Shown here piece by piece: positions 13,101-28,100 of a stretch of DNA of 60,028 nucleotides (its first letter is position 1; each line of letters opens with the position of its first letter). The stretch is taken from the NCBI GenBank assembly GCA_964358175.1, contig CAYHOI010000001.1:1-60028 (forward strand), read 5' to 3'. Source of the DNA: an uncultured Candidatus Marinamargulisbacteria bacterium (lineage in GTDB: Bacteria > Margulisbacteria > Riflemargulisbacteria > GWF2-35-9). A program made the position numbers and the translations under genes. The notes under the pieces were generated by a model. The model was not told the DNA's origin. It saw nothing but the letters and a program-made list of their open reading frames with translations, and did no database searches.

Positions 13101-16100
13101 CCGTTTACGTCAAAATGGCTTAATCACCACCGATTGGCAGGCGGGCTTTGAGGGGCTGTCCGGCACGGTGACGCTGGGTGTGAATGTAATGGATGTCATC
13201 TGGCGCGACAAGGCTGGCAACTATTCAGGCACCACGAATTTAGCGATTGTCTATGATCGTACGCCTCCTGAGCTTCTGGCGGTGAGCCTGAATGCGGACT
13301 GGGTCGATGCTGCGACGACGGTTTCGATGGTGTTCGAAAAGCCCTATCAGAGTATTCAGGGCGGAACGCCGATGCTTCCCAATGATCCGATCAATAGTTT
13401 GCATGCCTTCTACATGGATGGATATCAGGGACTCCGACTCTATTTTCGTATCAGCGATAACGCCAAGGTGAACGGATGGTTGTCAGCCGATGCCGCCGAT
13501 GTCAATACGGTTCGTGTCCAGTGGACGACAAACAACACCTACTGGCATTCGTACACGGTTAACGGGGGCAGTTTTAATGTCTATCAGCCCAGCGGGGATT
13601 TCGGGGTATTTAAGATAACCCAAAGCCATGAGATTGAGGCGCGAAGACCGGCACTGAATAATGGGGAAGCCTTTAATTATTGTTTCTTCGTAAGTGCCAG
13701 TATGATCATCAGCGATAATGCGCTTTTCGGATCAGGTATTCCGGAAATTGTGACGCAGAACCAGGCCTATGCCTTCAGAATTGATTTATTGGACTATGCG
13801 GGAAATGCTTCCCGTGCGACCGGCTCCTACACGGTGAATATCGATAATGACCGATCCAATCGCAGCGTTGAGCTGACCATCTCAGGGGACAGTACCGTCA
13901 ATACGGCCAACGCGAAGATCGTGACACAAAACAGTCATGGGGCGGGACTGCTTAACAGCGAGCTGTATACCCCGCAGGATTGTGATCCGTTTGCGGCTCC
14001 AAACGAGAAAATCTACAACGATGGCCAGATTTTCGCCAAGCTGGGAATCACTGTCAATACACTGGTCGGCAGAGAGTACGCGCTGGTTTGGACGACGATG
14101 AATCCGGTCGTACAGCCGTTGAATAAGCCCTCTTACGTGTATTATGCCTATGGGAAAATTGGCTGGGCGACCAGTAACTCAAACTTCGTTGGAACGGGTA
14201 ATTTCGCCTTCGACTTCTTTAATCCGACGCCGGATATCGGCAGAACGGGACTCAGTAGCGGTCTGCCCTACTATGCCACCAACAATGCCTTACTCACTTT
14301 GCCAACCACCGACACGGTGATTCATCTCTTCGTAGCCCCGATGGGGGTCGCGGGAAATCCGATTAACATCGATTCGGGAACATGGGCAACCATCACCATC
14401 GATCTGTCCGCTCCAATACTTTCCGGAAACAGTGCCCCCTTTTATCTGCATGATCTGGCCGGAACGACGCTGAATGCCCTGAAGGGATTGTACGTGTCCC
14501 GAAGCGTTATCGAAGGGGATTGCCCGGTTGCCCCGAGTTTTGACCCCATGGCACATTTGGATTTTCTGGGTCTCGGGAGTTACTTTTTCCAAGATGTACA
14601 CCGCTCTACGCATGTGCAATTCGGGCGTGGTGACTACGTGGATCTGCAAAGCGGTATGCCGACGAACAATACTTTTCTGCGCAAGAAGGTTTACCGCGCG
14701 GATGTGGCTGGAAGCAATGGCTATCTGTTTGAACAGCTTAGCAGTGAGCGGTACAGTAGCATTGCGAATATGATTGATACGGATCTGGCAGCCTTTGGAG
14801 AGGGTCTTTACCGATTTGATCTGTATACCAGCAACAAAGCAGGTCTGGTTACGAAATCGTCTTTTGCGGTGGTGATGGATGGCACGCCCCCGACGATCAA
14901 TCAGTTTGCCTTTGAGGTATCCGTTTCACAGGATTATGAGCCGGTTAGTGTTAACTATTATGGGAGCCAGAATATCCGAATTTCCTGGAGTGCGAGCGAT
15001 AATATGGGTGTTTCCTCCAATGGGCAGCTGACGGGGGGCGATTCGAGCGGGATATGGTTCTATGAGCTGAGGTTTGAGAATCTGACAACCCCCTCCGTAA
15101 AAGGATATGTGTTCAGTTCGCGCAACACGACGATTACTTGGGATCAAGGACTTGGACTTGCCTTTGTCCCCACCAAGGCGATTTCGACTACTTTGAATTG
15201 GCGTGATGTGGTTGGCATCATTAAACTTGGTAAAGTTCGATTCACCTTGAACGCCTACGATTATGCACTTTTGACGATTTCCCGTTCTCATGAAGTCTAT
15301 ATTGATTCCGGAAACGAGGTGCAATCCATGGTTAGCCTAGCCGACCCGCAGGAAGATAATGTGGACAACCAGCAGGATGGGGAGAGTCCCTCTGAATCCT
15401 CTCAGGGAGCCTCAGGATACTTTGATCAGACGAGCATCAATCTGGTGATTCAGTTTTTACCGACTGCGTTTGATACCACCCAGCTCAATCGTGCCTCACC
15501 GCAAAGGACTCATCTGCCGATAGAGGTCTTTCTGGTAACCCCCGGTTCCGTGGCGGCTGTTCCTATCAGCACCAGCCTTATTGTCGTGACGTACAGTAAT
15601 AGCGCGAATCTTGATGTACAGGGGGCTCCAACAGCAAATTTAGCTAATTACCGCCTGACACTGTCGGTGGTCGATACCAAGGAGTTCGTAAAAACAGGGG
15701 GCTATGAAGGACCGGTGACGCTCTCCTATAAGATTGTGGATGGAGCGGGATATCGATCCGCAATGACAAGCATTTTTACAAGGGTGACGATCGATATGTC
15801 CGCGCCTACAGGGAGCTATGGTTTTCATGAGGGGCTGAAATTTATCGGAAGCGATAATACTTATTTTCTGTACGGGGTCAGTGAGAATTTCGCCTTTGCG
15901 ACAACGACGAGTGGAACAAAAGTGTCTGCCAATTATGAGGATGCCCATTCAGGATTGTCATCGAAGCCCTATCGGTTTATGGTCAGCCTGAACAGTCTGG
16001 CCGGAGCCTATCAGGGAGTTGACAAAGACATGGGCTGGCAGGCCAGAACGTCCTCTCCGTTTGATCTGCTTTCTTCGGAAATTTCGACTTCAAACAAGTG

Positions 16101-19100
16101 GTACGCCGTCAAGCTGCGGGTTCGCAATCAAACCGGTGTGGTGGCCTATAATACGCTGAATGTGATTCTGGATACACAAACACCCAATATTTATTTCTTT
16201 GCTGTTTTGCAGGAAACCGCGAGTAACGAGTATGCGCGAAGTGCCGAAAACTTCGTGGGCAAACGGGCGACCACCATCAATTGGGGGGCAAGCGATAATG
16301 TCTTCAGCGAATCCTTCGGAAGTATTTTTGGTGTGACAGGAAACTCGCACCAGGGAATCCGGCAGTACCAGCTTTCATTTGCCACCCCGAATGTCAGAAG
16401 TATCAGCGCGGACATTTTTCCGGCGATCACAACGAACATTGTGACCGTCGGGTATACCGAGTTTGTGATCGGGGAGGGGGTTGTTCGCTATGTGATACGC
16501 GCCTTTGATTTTGCGAATAATGAAACGGTTGTGACCAAGGGCCCCTACTATTATGACTGGACAAACACCCTTCACAATCAGGTTGGCCAGATACTTGCCG
16601 TCACGGATAACACGGATGAGGATGGGGATGGGATATCGCCTGTGTCCGCCAATGGTGTTTCGGGGTATTTCGATCAGCCGACGATTAGTATTCAGTTGAT
16701 ATTAAGCACAACCGCTGATGACGCCACCCAGCTGAACTATTTGTCTGATGCGCACATTCCGGTAGAGGTATTTGCCGTGACGAACGCTGTGATGACCAGA
16801 ATTGCAGCCTCGCAAATCTGGGCGACTTATGATCACAAATTGCTGATCGACGCTCATCCGAATCTGGCGGCCTATAGCATTGCCATCACGATTAACCTAG
16901 CGGATATTGTGTCGCGGGATCGCTATCAGGGCGGAGTGACTCTATTCTTTAAGCTGATTGACGGCGTCGGGAATTTGTCGTTGACCACCAATACGCCTTT
17001 GCGTTTGACGGTGGATCTGAGCGCGCCGACCGGACAAATGCGGGTGCTATCGGGAGTGACATTTCAGGGAAGCACCAGCAACTTCGCACAATACGGGGTG
17101 AGTACGAATATGCTTTTTACCAGTGTGAATGCTGTCGCGATGGATCATCAGTATTCGGACGCACACAGCGGACTTGCGATCAGCTGGAACAAGGTGACCG
17201 TAATCCGTTATCCCCTTGAGGGAGGGGTGGGGACGGCTGTAAACCGTGACTGGTCAGATGTGAGCCAGGTCTCGATCAACAGCGTCCAAGCCATGATCTC
17301 GAACAACCTTTTTCTGGTGGAATCGGATATCCTCAATGGCGTTGGGGAAGTGGCACACTCGGCGACTTGGAATGTGGTCTTTGATACCGTGCCCCCCACG
17401 ATCAACGCAGAGGATTTTATGCTGACCTTCAACGTGCTGAGCGGAGGTTACGCGCCCTCATCCGTAAACTACCTCCAGAGTACGACACTCGACTTGGTCT
17501 GGGTGGCGACGGATAATGTTTTTGCCAGCTCTCCGAATCTGTTCGCTGTTTTAAGTCATCGGGGCGTGTACCAGTATCGCCTGTCTTTCAGTAAGGACGG
17601 TCAGACGTTTACCTCAGTCAGCGCAAATATGATGCCTGCGGTGAATAATCATCTTTATATTTCGCCGAATGAGCTACTGGGGACGATCGGGGAAGGCAGG
17701 GTATACTTCAAGCTGGAGGCTGTGGACTTTGCCGGAAATTGGAGTAGTCGGAACATAGGGCCGTATTTCATGGACTTGCAGAACACCCTGAATGAGCAGA
17801 TAGTGCGAATTGAGCCGGTAACTGCCAATAACGATAGTATGCCGGATTATTTTCAGAAGTCTCCTTTCGACGCGAGTGGCAAGAATGGTTATTTTGACCG
17901 GGTCAGTGTTGACTTTATCATTCACCTTTCGCCCAATGCGAGCGATTTGACCCAGCTGAGCTACCTTGAGGGAAGCTATATCCCCCTTGAGGTATATGTA
18001 GTGACGGACGGTGTGAAAAAGGCGCGGGTTTGGGATAGCGACATCCATGCGACCTATAACCGTGATGTCCTGCCCAGCCTTAACGCGACATCAAATCTGG
18101 CCTCGGTTCCGATTGCCGTGACCATTAACTTCAGCAATTACGTTGGGACAAGCAATTATAACGGGCGAATTCAGTTTTACTACAAGATTATTGACGGTGC
18201 GGGAAATGTTTCAGCGACAACCAATACAGATATGGCATTTTTGGATGTCACGGTAGATATGACAGCTCCGGTCGGAAACAGCCGGTTCGGGGAAGGGTTC
18301 ACGTTTGTAGGAAGCGGGAATACCTTCGGCTTGAACGGTGTGAGCGATGATGTTGCGTTTGCCAGACAACTAAGCAATCTGGTGATCAGCATGGATTATC
18401 AGGATGCTGAAAGTGGCCTTGCCATCAGCTCGAACTATTTTTCTGTATGGGAATACAGCCTTACTCATAATTATGTGACGAGCGGGAATCGTGGTTGGAC
18501 GAATGTGCCCACACTCAATCTGTCGGATATGGGAACGATTACCCAGAATCGCTGGTACAAGGTCGTTGGGTTTGCGGCTAACAATACCGGGGTGATCACG
18601 AAGGCGACGACGAGAAATGTGATTATCGATCTGGTGGATCCCGTGGTCGTGACGTTCTCCCTATCCGGAGAGCTTCAGAGCGGATCAGACTATGGCAGTA
18701 GCAGTCTCAACTTTGCGCAGGTTCAGACTCTGAATTTTGTCTGGACTGCTTCCGATAATATGTTCTCGGATCTCACGATTGGTGAGTTCAAGCAGAAAAA
18801 TCACCAAGGGATTTCCCTGTATGCCTTTCTTTACAAGGTCAACGGGATCGATTGGGTGACCCTGAACGGCTCGATTACCCCGACTGCGCAGAACGAATTT
18901 CAGGTGGATAAAACCACGGTGAATAGTCTGTTTTCAGGCAAGAAAGCCTTTTTTAAGCTGGTAGCCTATGATTTCGCGATGAACCAGTCTTCAAAGGAGT
19001 ATGGGCCTGTTTTCTTTGATTCAGGAACCGTTCTTGAGCAAGCGATATCTGCCTGTATTCTGGAAGACAAAACGGATGCCGATGACCTGGGAGGGTCACC

Positions 19101-22100
19101 GTTTGATGTTTCAGGACAGGGATACTTTGATCAATCCGTGCTTAAGATGAGGCTCCAGCTGATGGATACGGCGAATGACGTGACCCAGCTGAGCACCCTG
19201 CCTTCCGGAAATATCCCGCTGGAGGTGATGGCAACCTTTTACGGGAGTAACCGTGGTTCTCTTTACTTCTCAAAAGTCTTTCCGGGGAATTTGCAGAAAC
19301 TGTCGGCAACCTATAATTACGGTCGGTTGCCAACGATAGACGCAGCGAATAACCTGGGCGGGATCACGATAGATATTTTAACGCTGAATCTGTTCGATCA
19401 GATAGAAGGCTCGGGTTGGAATGGGGGTGTAGGTCTAAGTTTTAAATTGATTGACGGTGCGGGGAATTTATCAACCGATTGGTCCCGCGAGTTTCGTGTG
19501 ACCGTCGATGTTACCCCTCCGACGGTGGCTTTGTTGTGGGGAACGCGTGATTATTTTGTGACAGGGAACGATGAAACATTTGACCAGTTTGGATTTGGTA
19601 AAAGTTCTCAATATCCGGTGAAGTTCCCCTATGTGGGATTCAGTCGGCAGATCCAGTCTCTCAGGTTAAGCGGAAATGCTCAGGACCAGGATTCAGGGCT
19701 ACCGACAGGAGCTTATCGATATGATGTGACTCAGTTCGCCTTTTCCAACCTGAGTTCAACGGTGAATTCAGATTCAACGGGCTGGACAGCGACTCCGACC
19801 CTCAATCTGTCAGAGCGGTTCACGGGAATGATTGCTCCGAATTTCGCGTATCGGGTTGACTTGCATGCGCGCAATCAAGTGGGGCGTACGTCCATCTCGA
19901 CCAATCTGATTATTCTGGATGATGTCGCGCCCACTTTTCAGGCGATGAATCGCTCCGAACCAGTGGGGGGTGACTATTCAGCGACGAGCAAAGATCTTTA
20001 TTCGCTACAGGATGTTCTTCTGACCTGGCGGGCAAGCGACAATTTTTATGCAGAGAATGCCGGTGGCGAAGGAAACTTCTTCAACGCACGCGATCATCAG
20101 GGAGTCTATTTCTACCAGGTTTGGTATGAGAAAAATGGGGTAACGGCTTCTATAACGGAAAATATGCTGGCATATGCTGACAACGATTTCGTGGTATCGA
20201 AGGGGTATATCCGGCAAAGCATCGGCGAAGGAATCGTGACCTTCAGTATTCGAGCAACGGATTTCGCAGGCAACACCAGCGTTACCACCAGCCGCCTGAG
20301 ATTTGATTGGAGCAACACCATTAATCTTCAAATTGCTGACATGATTTCTGCGATGGACGCGACGAATAGCGATGAGGATCTGTGGGATAGAAGGCAAAGT
20401 GACAAGTGGGGCGACTTTGTTGATGATGTCTCTCCTTTTGACGCATCGGACGGACAGCTTGGGATTTTCGACCAGACGGTTATTCCCGTCCATATCCGAA
20501 TCGCTGAGAATGGATATGATATTTCTCAGATCAGCGAACTGACCCCGAATCACATCCCGTTTGAGGTCTATATTTCGCATGATGGACAGGTGCTGACGAT
20601 TAATCATGATCGAATTTGGGTGACTTATGACCGCAAAACAGATATCGAAAGCCCCTCGAACATTGCGAGCCGAAACTATTGGCTGACCGTGGATGTCGGA
20701 GAATGGGTTGGCGTTGAACCGCTCCATAGGGGTGCTTTCCAGCTTCTCGTGAAGGTCATTGACGGCGCGGGTAATCTCAGTAGCTTTGACACGAAGGAAT
20801 TCAGATTAACCGTTGACAGGACACCGCCTACGTCTGATGCTTCCGCTCCTTTTTATTTTAATGAACCGATAGGCTGGGTAACCTATAATCCCCTCTTTCT
20901 TGACGGGTATAATGGCGTGGCTTTCATCAATACGACCCATTTCAGTGCGCAGATGGTTTCCTTTAATGATGCGGAATCGGGGCTTTCAGAACAGCCCTAC
21001 TGGATGAAACTTGCTGGGGTGGGGTTCAAAGACGAAAACGAAAATCAAGCCGACAAAGGTTCTGTTCAGATAACCTGGCAGACACAGGAAGCCTTCACGG
21101 GGGTCAGTCTGAGCGAATTGGGATACCAAGGGCTGACCGGCGGTGGCGTTTTTGATCTGTTTTTTAAAGTTCGCAATAACGCGGGCATCGTGACGTACAA
21201 TCTGAATTACTTGTGTATCGATTTGCTTAAGCCGGTTCTGGTTACCTTCCAGCGCACCGAGCATATTGACGTCGATCAGGATGGCTACCTGCCCGAGGAG
21301 GATACCTATTATAACAAACAGGCAATATGGCTGACTTGGGATGCTTATGATAATCTGGGATACAGGGGCGATCAGCCGGCTGAAGTCGTTACAGGTGATC
21401 CGGATGCAATTTGGTTCTATACCCTGAGCTGGACATGCCGAAGCCTGACGGGGAATATGGTTTCCTCCGGCGATATTCTGACGCCAGGAATGCGCTTGGA
21501 TGCGAAGCAATGGTTCCTGCCTACCAGTGGGGTTTCTGTGATTGACGATGTATCCTATGGGATTTCGATCTCGGATAATCTCAAAGAGGGAAATGTTGAG
21601 TTTATTCTGGGGGCTGTGGATTACGCACTCAATGTGACAACGAAATCCATGCAGGTGGTCTTTGACTGGACGAATCGAGCAACGGCCAGTTCAAATTTTT
21701 ATTTTGTCGCGGATCAAACCGACAGTTCAACACCAGCTGACGGAGTCATCCCTGAAGCAGGCTACTTTGATCAGACAACGATGACCGTGGTCATAACGCT
21801 TGATCATGTGATTGAATTAACACAGTTATCGACCCGGAATTTGAAAGTGAATTATTCAACTGGGAATTCAGGCTCCGAACTTAGTGTAATGAATCCAGAG
21901 GATTATCGCTACAGCATCGAGGGTGTGGATGGGAAGTTTACGGTAACGATTGATTTTAATTTGGCACCTTATTTAATGACCTTGAATGTCGTTGAAGGAC
22001 AGCCAGTAAGGAGCGGGGTAGTTTCGTTAAACATTACGCTATTGGATCGAGCAGGCAACATGCCGAGTGTGCCTGCGAATATGGGGTGCAGGGTGACTGT

Positions 22101-25100
22101 GGATATGCAGTCTCCCTCTTTGGAATCGTCAGGTGTATTTGATGTTTATCTTTATCCAGACAAGGATTCGATGGGAGATGGGATTGATCCGGAGAACGGG
22201 TATCTGGACGATTCCTTGCCCTATATCACCGTGACGCTGAATAGTCGGGTTACCTCCAATGGTGCTGCGCAGATGGATCAGTGTCTCAATGTCCGGCTGT
22301 TTGATGATAGCCGGATACAGAAGGCTTCAGCGAATACTTTTGAGCTGATCTCAGAAAACAGATCCCTCATGATCGTTGTGACGATGGATAAGGGTGGATG
22401 GAGCGTTCCTCTGCAGGCTGATCAGCAGATTGCGACTCTTCCCTCGGAAAATAGCTATACGTATGAGTTTTACCTGAGAGATAAAGCGGGAAACATTTTA
22501 AGTAGAGTTGTGACGCTGAATTATGATCGGACTCCTCCTGTTTTGCGGGATCGGGCTTTTGTGTACAAAGTCGAGCCGGCTAAGGGAGAGGATCATGGTG
22601 GCGATGGAATTGATCCGCTTGCGGGATATTATGATTCGCCTTTCGCGACCGTCAACATCCAGCTGAACATCCCCAATTGGACAGTTGGATACGGGAACAG
22701 TCTGGCCTCCTCTTACAACGATGGTGTGTCAGAAAGTTATCACGGATCGGGAATTCGGAAACGACCCCTGTTTGTCAGGCTTGAGTCCCTGACTCCCTTG
22801 AATATTCCTGGGGTTTACGCAAGCGCGACTTATCCCGGCGGGCATTTCGGAGCTGAGCTGACCGCGAACCTGTTTGCTGTAGGGATTCCTCTGACGCGCG
22901 ATGCCGCGCGAATCATCGTGATGATGGCAGACCGAGCGGGGAATGTTGTGACCCTTAATGACACAAACAGGGTGACCATGGACGACAGAATGCCCTTCGG
23001 CATATCCTTCAACCTGGTGGATACGCGGGACGTGAGCGGTATCGGCATTTTTCCGGTGTACGGCTTTTTTAATCATCAGGTGATTACGTTTAACATTGAG
23101 GGTAGCCAGGTGGATAGGGGATTGTCGGGGCTTCGCGGGAACAGATTTGTTGTTTCCACGGCCAACGGAATCTGGAAGAATTACACCTATCAAAGTCGAT
23201 ATGTGGATCCAGAGCTAAAAGAACAAAATGAACCTGGGACAGACAGTCCGCTGATAGGTTCGCTACGCCTACCCACCGGAACCGTAACGGTCTGGGCAGG
23301 ACTTGTGGATCGGGCAGGGAATGTCGGGGTGATTTCTCAGCCCATTGTAGTGGATATGACCCCGCCCTCTATCAATTTATTTAGTTTGGACTTTGCCACC
23401 AACAACAAAGGTCTTCGAGGGGATATTGATTCTCACGGGGACGGCGTAGACCCCTATTATGGGTACTGGGATGAACCCAGCGTGAATATTGAGGTCGTCT
23501 CGCTCAGCTATGCCGAGGACTACCGGCGTAGCAATGACGTATTTGTGAAGGACTACAGATATACGCATGTTCCCGTGATGCATGACTTTGGGTTGGGTTG
23601 GGTGACGACCGAGAACAATATCGGACAAAGTTCCCGCGTTTTTCGTGAAATATATGTTCCGGAGGGCAATAGTCAGCCGATTGTTGTGTATGTGGCTGAT
23701 TTGGCGGGCAATGTGGTGTCTCGTCAGATTCTGGTTACGGTAGATCAGACCGTTCCCGCAGGGTTTGCCCAGATTGTTCTGGATGTTGATACAGACAGCC
23801 AGGGAGATGGCGTGGATCCTTTATATGGGTTCTTTGACAATGTCGAGGTCGGTCTGGTTATTTCAGAGAATACGGCTGATAGTAGCGGGTTTCGGGTGAA
23901 TCGCTACCTGATTCGGTCAAATTCCGCCAGGACTCTTTCCTATAATGTCCATGACTACAAAAACAAGGATAAGTCGGAGTCTTTGCACAGACCAATAGAT
24001 CTTGAGCAAGGGGATCAGGTGGCTTTCGGGCAGGATAGTTCTCAAATATTCAATTTCAAGCCTGCCAGCGAAGATGAAAAGCAGATTGAGATTGTTGCGG
24101 GAATCAGTGATTGCGCGGGGAATGTCCGGGAAGTGACGGCCTCCATTACCGTGGATACCCAGCCTCCGACCGGTGATTTTCAGGGAAAACTCATCACGGA
24201 TACCGATAGCGCGCTCGACGGCATAGATCCGCTGGAAGGGTATTATGACAGTCTTGCCGTGAGCGTACTGCTGTCTTCAAATGTTGTGGACAATATTGGG
24301 ATGAGAACCAATCGATATTTTATCAAAACAGGAGATGCCGGATTTCTGACGAGCTATAACGCTTATCCGTACGACGGCAACCATTACTTCTCAGAGGGAG
24401 CCGATGTGCCGGGTATAGGAAAGTTTGGTTCCGCGACAGGATCCATTACGGGAATTACCTATAACGCGCAGGGCGTGTACGAGGTTCATGTAGCGGTTGC
24501 GGACGGAGCCGGTAATCTTTTGGAGAAGACCGTCCGGGTGACCATCGACCTGACACAGCCATCCTCCGTTCCAATTGTTCGGCTTGCGCCATACCGCGCG
24601 GGCGGGAATCGTGTGGAGGCAGATGAGGGCTGGTATGGGAGCAATGAGGTTGATTTTTACGCGGAGTTCAGAAACGGAGCAACCGATGAATTGTCAGGAC
24701 TTCGCGATGTGCCTTACGTCGCGCGAGTGGTGACGCCCGGAACGAATCAGATTTCCTGGTTGCTTGAGCAAAGGGATCCTGCTTTCAAACAGATATGGGT
24801 TCCGGAAGACAGGAGTATTACAAAAAACAGTTCATTGTTCGTGGGACTCGTGGACCGCGCGGGGAATGTTGCGAGTGCATCTGTCCCGGTTCATGTAGAT
24901 CTGACCCCGCCGACCGGAAATTTATCTCTCATCATCCGCCCTGACAGCAAAAATGATGCCTCTCAGCTGATTCCGGAGAGTGGCTATTACAATGACAATA
25001 CAATGGACTTGCAATGGCAGATGGTTTCGGATTATTTGGGGTTAAAGAGTAGGCCGTTTCGAGTAAAGGCTAATGAGATGCCCTGGAGTGATAGCTTGAA

Positions 25101-28100
25101 TGTTACCAGCCTTGAAGATTTCAAGGTGAACAATGAAGGAACCGTTACGATTCAAATATTGGTCGCAGATCATGCAGGCAATATTCTCATTGAGACTGCA
25201 TCGATTATTGTGGATACACAAGTGCCAACGGGAATGGTGGTTTCAGTATTGTCTGACAATACGGATAGTGGTCAGGATGGCCTATTGCCCGAAGCCGGAT
25301 GGTACGATGATCCGCTGATTTCATTAAGTTGGACTGCCGCGACGGATAACGGAAGTGGCCTTCGAGATAAACCTTATCAAACGAAGAGTGAAGTTTCTAA
25401 TTATGACCTGCAACAGAGCACGACAACTGCAACGGTGGAAGCAAAGGTTAAATATACGTCCTACGAGGATCGGGTATCCTCTAAGTTATCAGTTCGTGCT
25501 GTTGATAGAGCCGGGAATATTTTGGAAGTGATGGCGTCAATCAACGTTGACCAGCGAGTTCCTGAACCCTATACGTTTACTGTAAAGCCTGATTCGCAAG
25601 AAAATCCGACCTATAATCCTTCTGCGGGTTGGTACAATGATCATACCCTAGAGTTGGAGTGGAGCGAGTCTCTTGATTTTGGTGGAATGCGCACATCTGG
25701 CAGTGTGTTGGCAAGAGTGGCCTCGGACATCCCATGGGTGACCTTGAATGAAAATGTGAGTCAGACCAATAATGACACTTTCTGGGTTTCTGAAGATGTT
25801 TCTGCAAGAACACTTGTTACAAGGATGGTAGACCATGCCGGAAATGTTCGGACGCAAGCAAGCAATGGTTTCAATGTAGATCTGACGCCGCCAACGTTTA
25901 GTCAGTTGGCTTTGGTTGGGGATGTCGATGTTCATGGCGTTGCGCTTGCGGCTGGATGGTATGACGATCAGATGGTTCGCTGGAAATGGTTTGGGGCGGA
26001 TAATGGGGGACTGTTTGATGCTCCGTATCGTTACCATAACTTGGTTTCCCCAAACTCACTTTGGAGTGATTGGAATGGACAGACGGGTGTTGAGATTTTG
26101 ACGACATGGGGGATTCCTCAGTTTTTTGAAGTAGAATTGCGCGATCAGGCGGGTAATCATATTACCCGAATAGAAAAGGTGAATGTCGCGGGATTTGCAC
26201 CGTCGGGAAATGTTAATTACTTTCTTAGCATAAATGTGACGGAGGTGACACCCGGATGGACAATCACTCCAAATGTAGGATGGTATGCAAGCCATACGTT
26301 GAATGTTGTGATCACCACAAATTATCTAAACCTCCTTGAACAGCAGAAGTTAACAGAGGACTTGACATACTATGTGTATAATACGAATGGTCAAACGCAG
26401 CCGATATATCAAGGAATTCCGACTTTTAGCAAGGTTATTTGTGGGGAGAGCGGCCGGGCAGGACTTACCGTTGTTTATGGTATTTTACTCAAGAGCGGCT
26501 TGAGGATTGAGGGGCGACAAATTATCTTTGTTGACACCCAGCCTCCGCAGGATTTTTCTGCAACTCTCCGAACGTGTACAGACCATGGAGGAGATGGTGT
26601 TTCACCGGAATCGGGATGGGTGGATACGATGAATTTCCACATTGATCTTCTTGCTCCGAAGGATGGGGGAATTCTAAGAGCTCAACCCTACCGGTATCGA
26701 TTTGCAGTCCCAACCGGTTCATGGAGTGATTACCAATCGTCAGAAAAAATTGAAAATCTTCAGATTTCCGAGAATCGAGCGTATATCGTTGAGGTCTCGG
26801 CAGTGGATTGTGCGGGAAATATTGCAACAGTTTCTGTTTGTGTAACTGTGGATACAATGCCTCCAACATTTAACGGCTTGGAGATTATCCTCATTCCGGC
26901 AACAAGTAATCAGGGAATTGAGCCTGTTCCGGGCTGGTATCGGAACGATAGTCTAAGTGGAAGTGTGACATGGAATCGAGTGACCGCAGATGACCTGAGA
27001 CAAAACTTTTTATATGTGAGAACAAATAGCGCGAAAACAGTAGGCAATTTTTCTGCTCTGACATTTGATGCCAAAGTGGTTCCGGCTGATATACTTCCAA
27101 TAAATATAGATGTATTTATTGCGGATCATGCGGGAAATGTTGCTCGATCAGCTAAGGTTATTTATTCAAAAGTGACCGTGCCAGGGAATAGTTACGTGAT
27201 TCTTAAACGAGACGGAAATCATAATCCGTGGTTTAAACCTGAAGAGGGATATTATGGCCGACTGAGCGTGGATGTTGAGTGGGCTGAGCCAATAGGTGGG
27301 GGGCTGAGAGGACGACCCTATCAGATCCAGAGCAGCTTATCCTCTAGTCGCAACTGGACGGCTTCTCAAGACGGGAAAGCCTACAATGGATATGCTGTGA
27401 GTGAAGGTGTTCAGGAGATTATTGTTCGTGCGGTGGATAAAGCTGCAAATATTGCAACGTTTTCAACCCTTGTTTCGGTGGATGTGACCGCGCCAGAGCC
27501 GATTGTTCTCTCTTTGGTGCAAGATCTTGACAACGATTCTGATGGAGCTGTTCCATTACAAGGTTTTGATGATGACGGGGTGATTACCGTTACATTTAAT
27601 CCTGTCTTTGATAATGTGGCATTGAGAGATAAGCCCTATTGTTCTTTATTGGGGGATTTAGAGGATATCCCGTCGGGGACAGTTCTGAGCCTTAGTCGTG
27701 AGGGTTATGCGACTCTGACAACTTCGGTAGAAGGAATACAAACTGTCTCGGTGGTAGCAGTGGATCGAGCAGGAAATTACCGAATTTCCATAGTAACCGT
27801 GAATGTGGAAAGAACGGTTTCAGAGTTTACGGTGAGCATTAATCGCACAGAGTTCCCCGTGTCGGCAAGCCTGATTGTTTCGGTGTCGATGACGAAGAGC
27901 ATTTCAAGAGTGCCGGGAGTGGTACTTTCGGTTGCTGGTGTGGATTACGGTCTTGCAGTGGTTCGTTCAGAGATTTCGCAGAATGTATTTATCGGAACCT
28001 TGGATGTGGGTGTGGTGGTGAGCGATGGTATTGGAATTCTTCGTTTCAGCGTCATCAATGATGCAGGGAAAATTGCCACCCAATCCATAGGCATGGTTTT

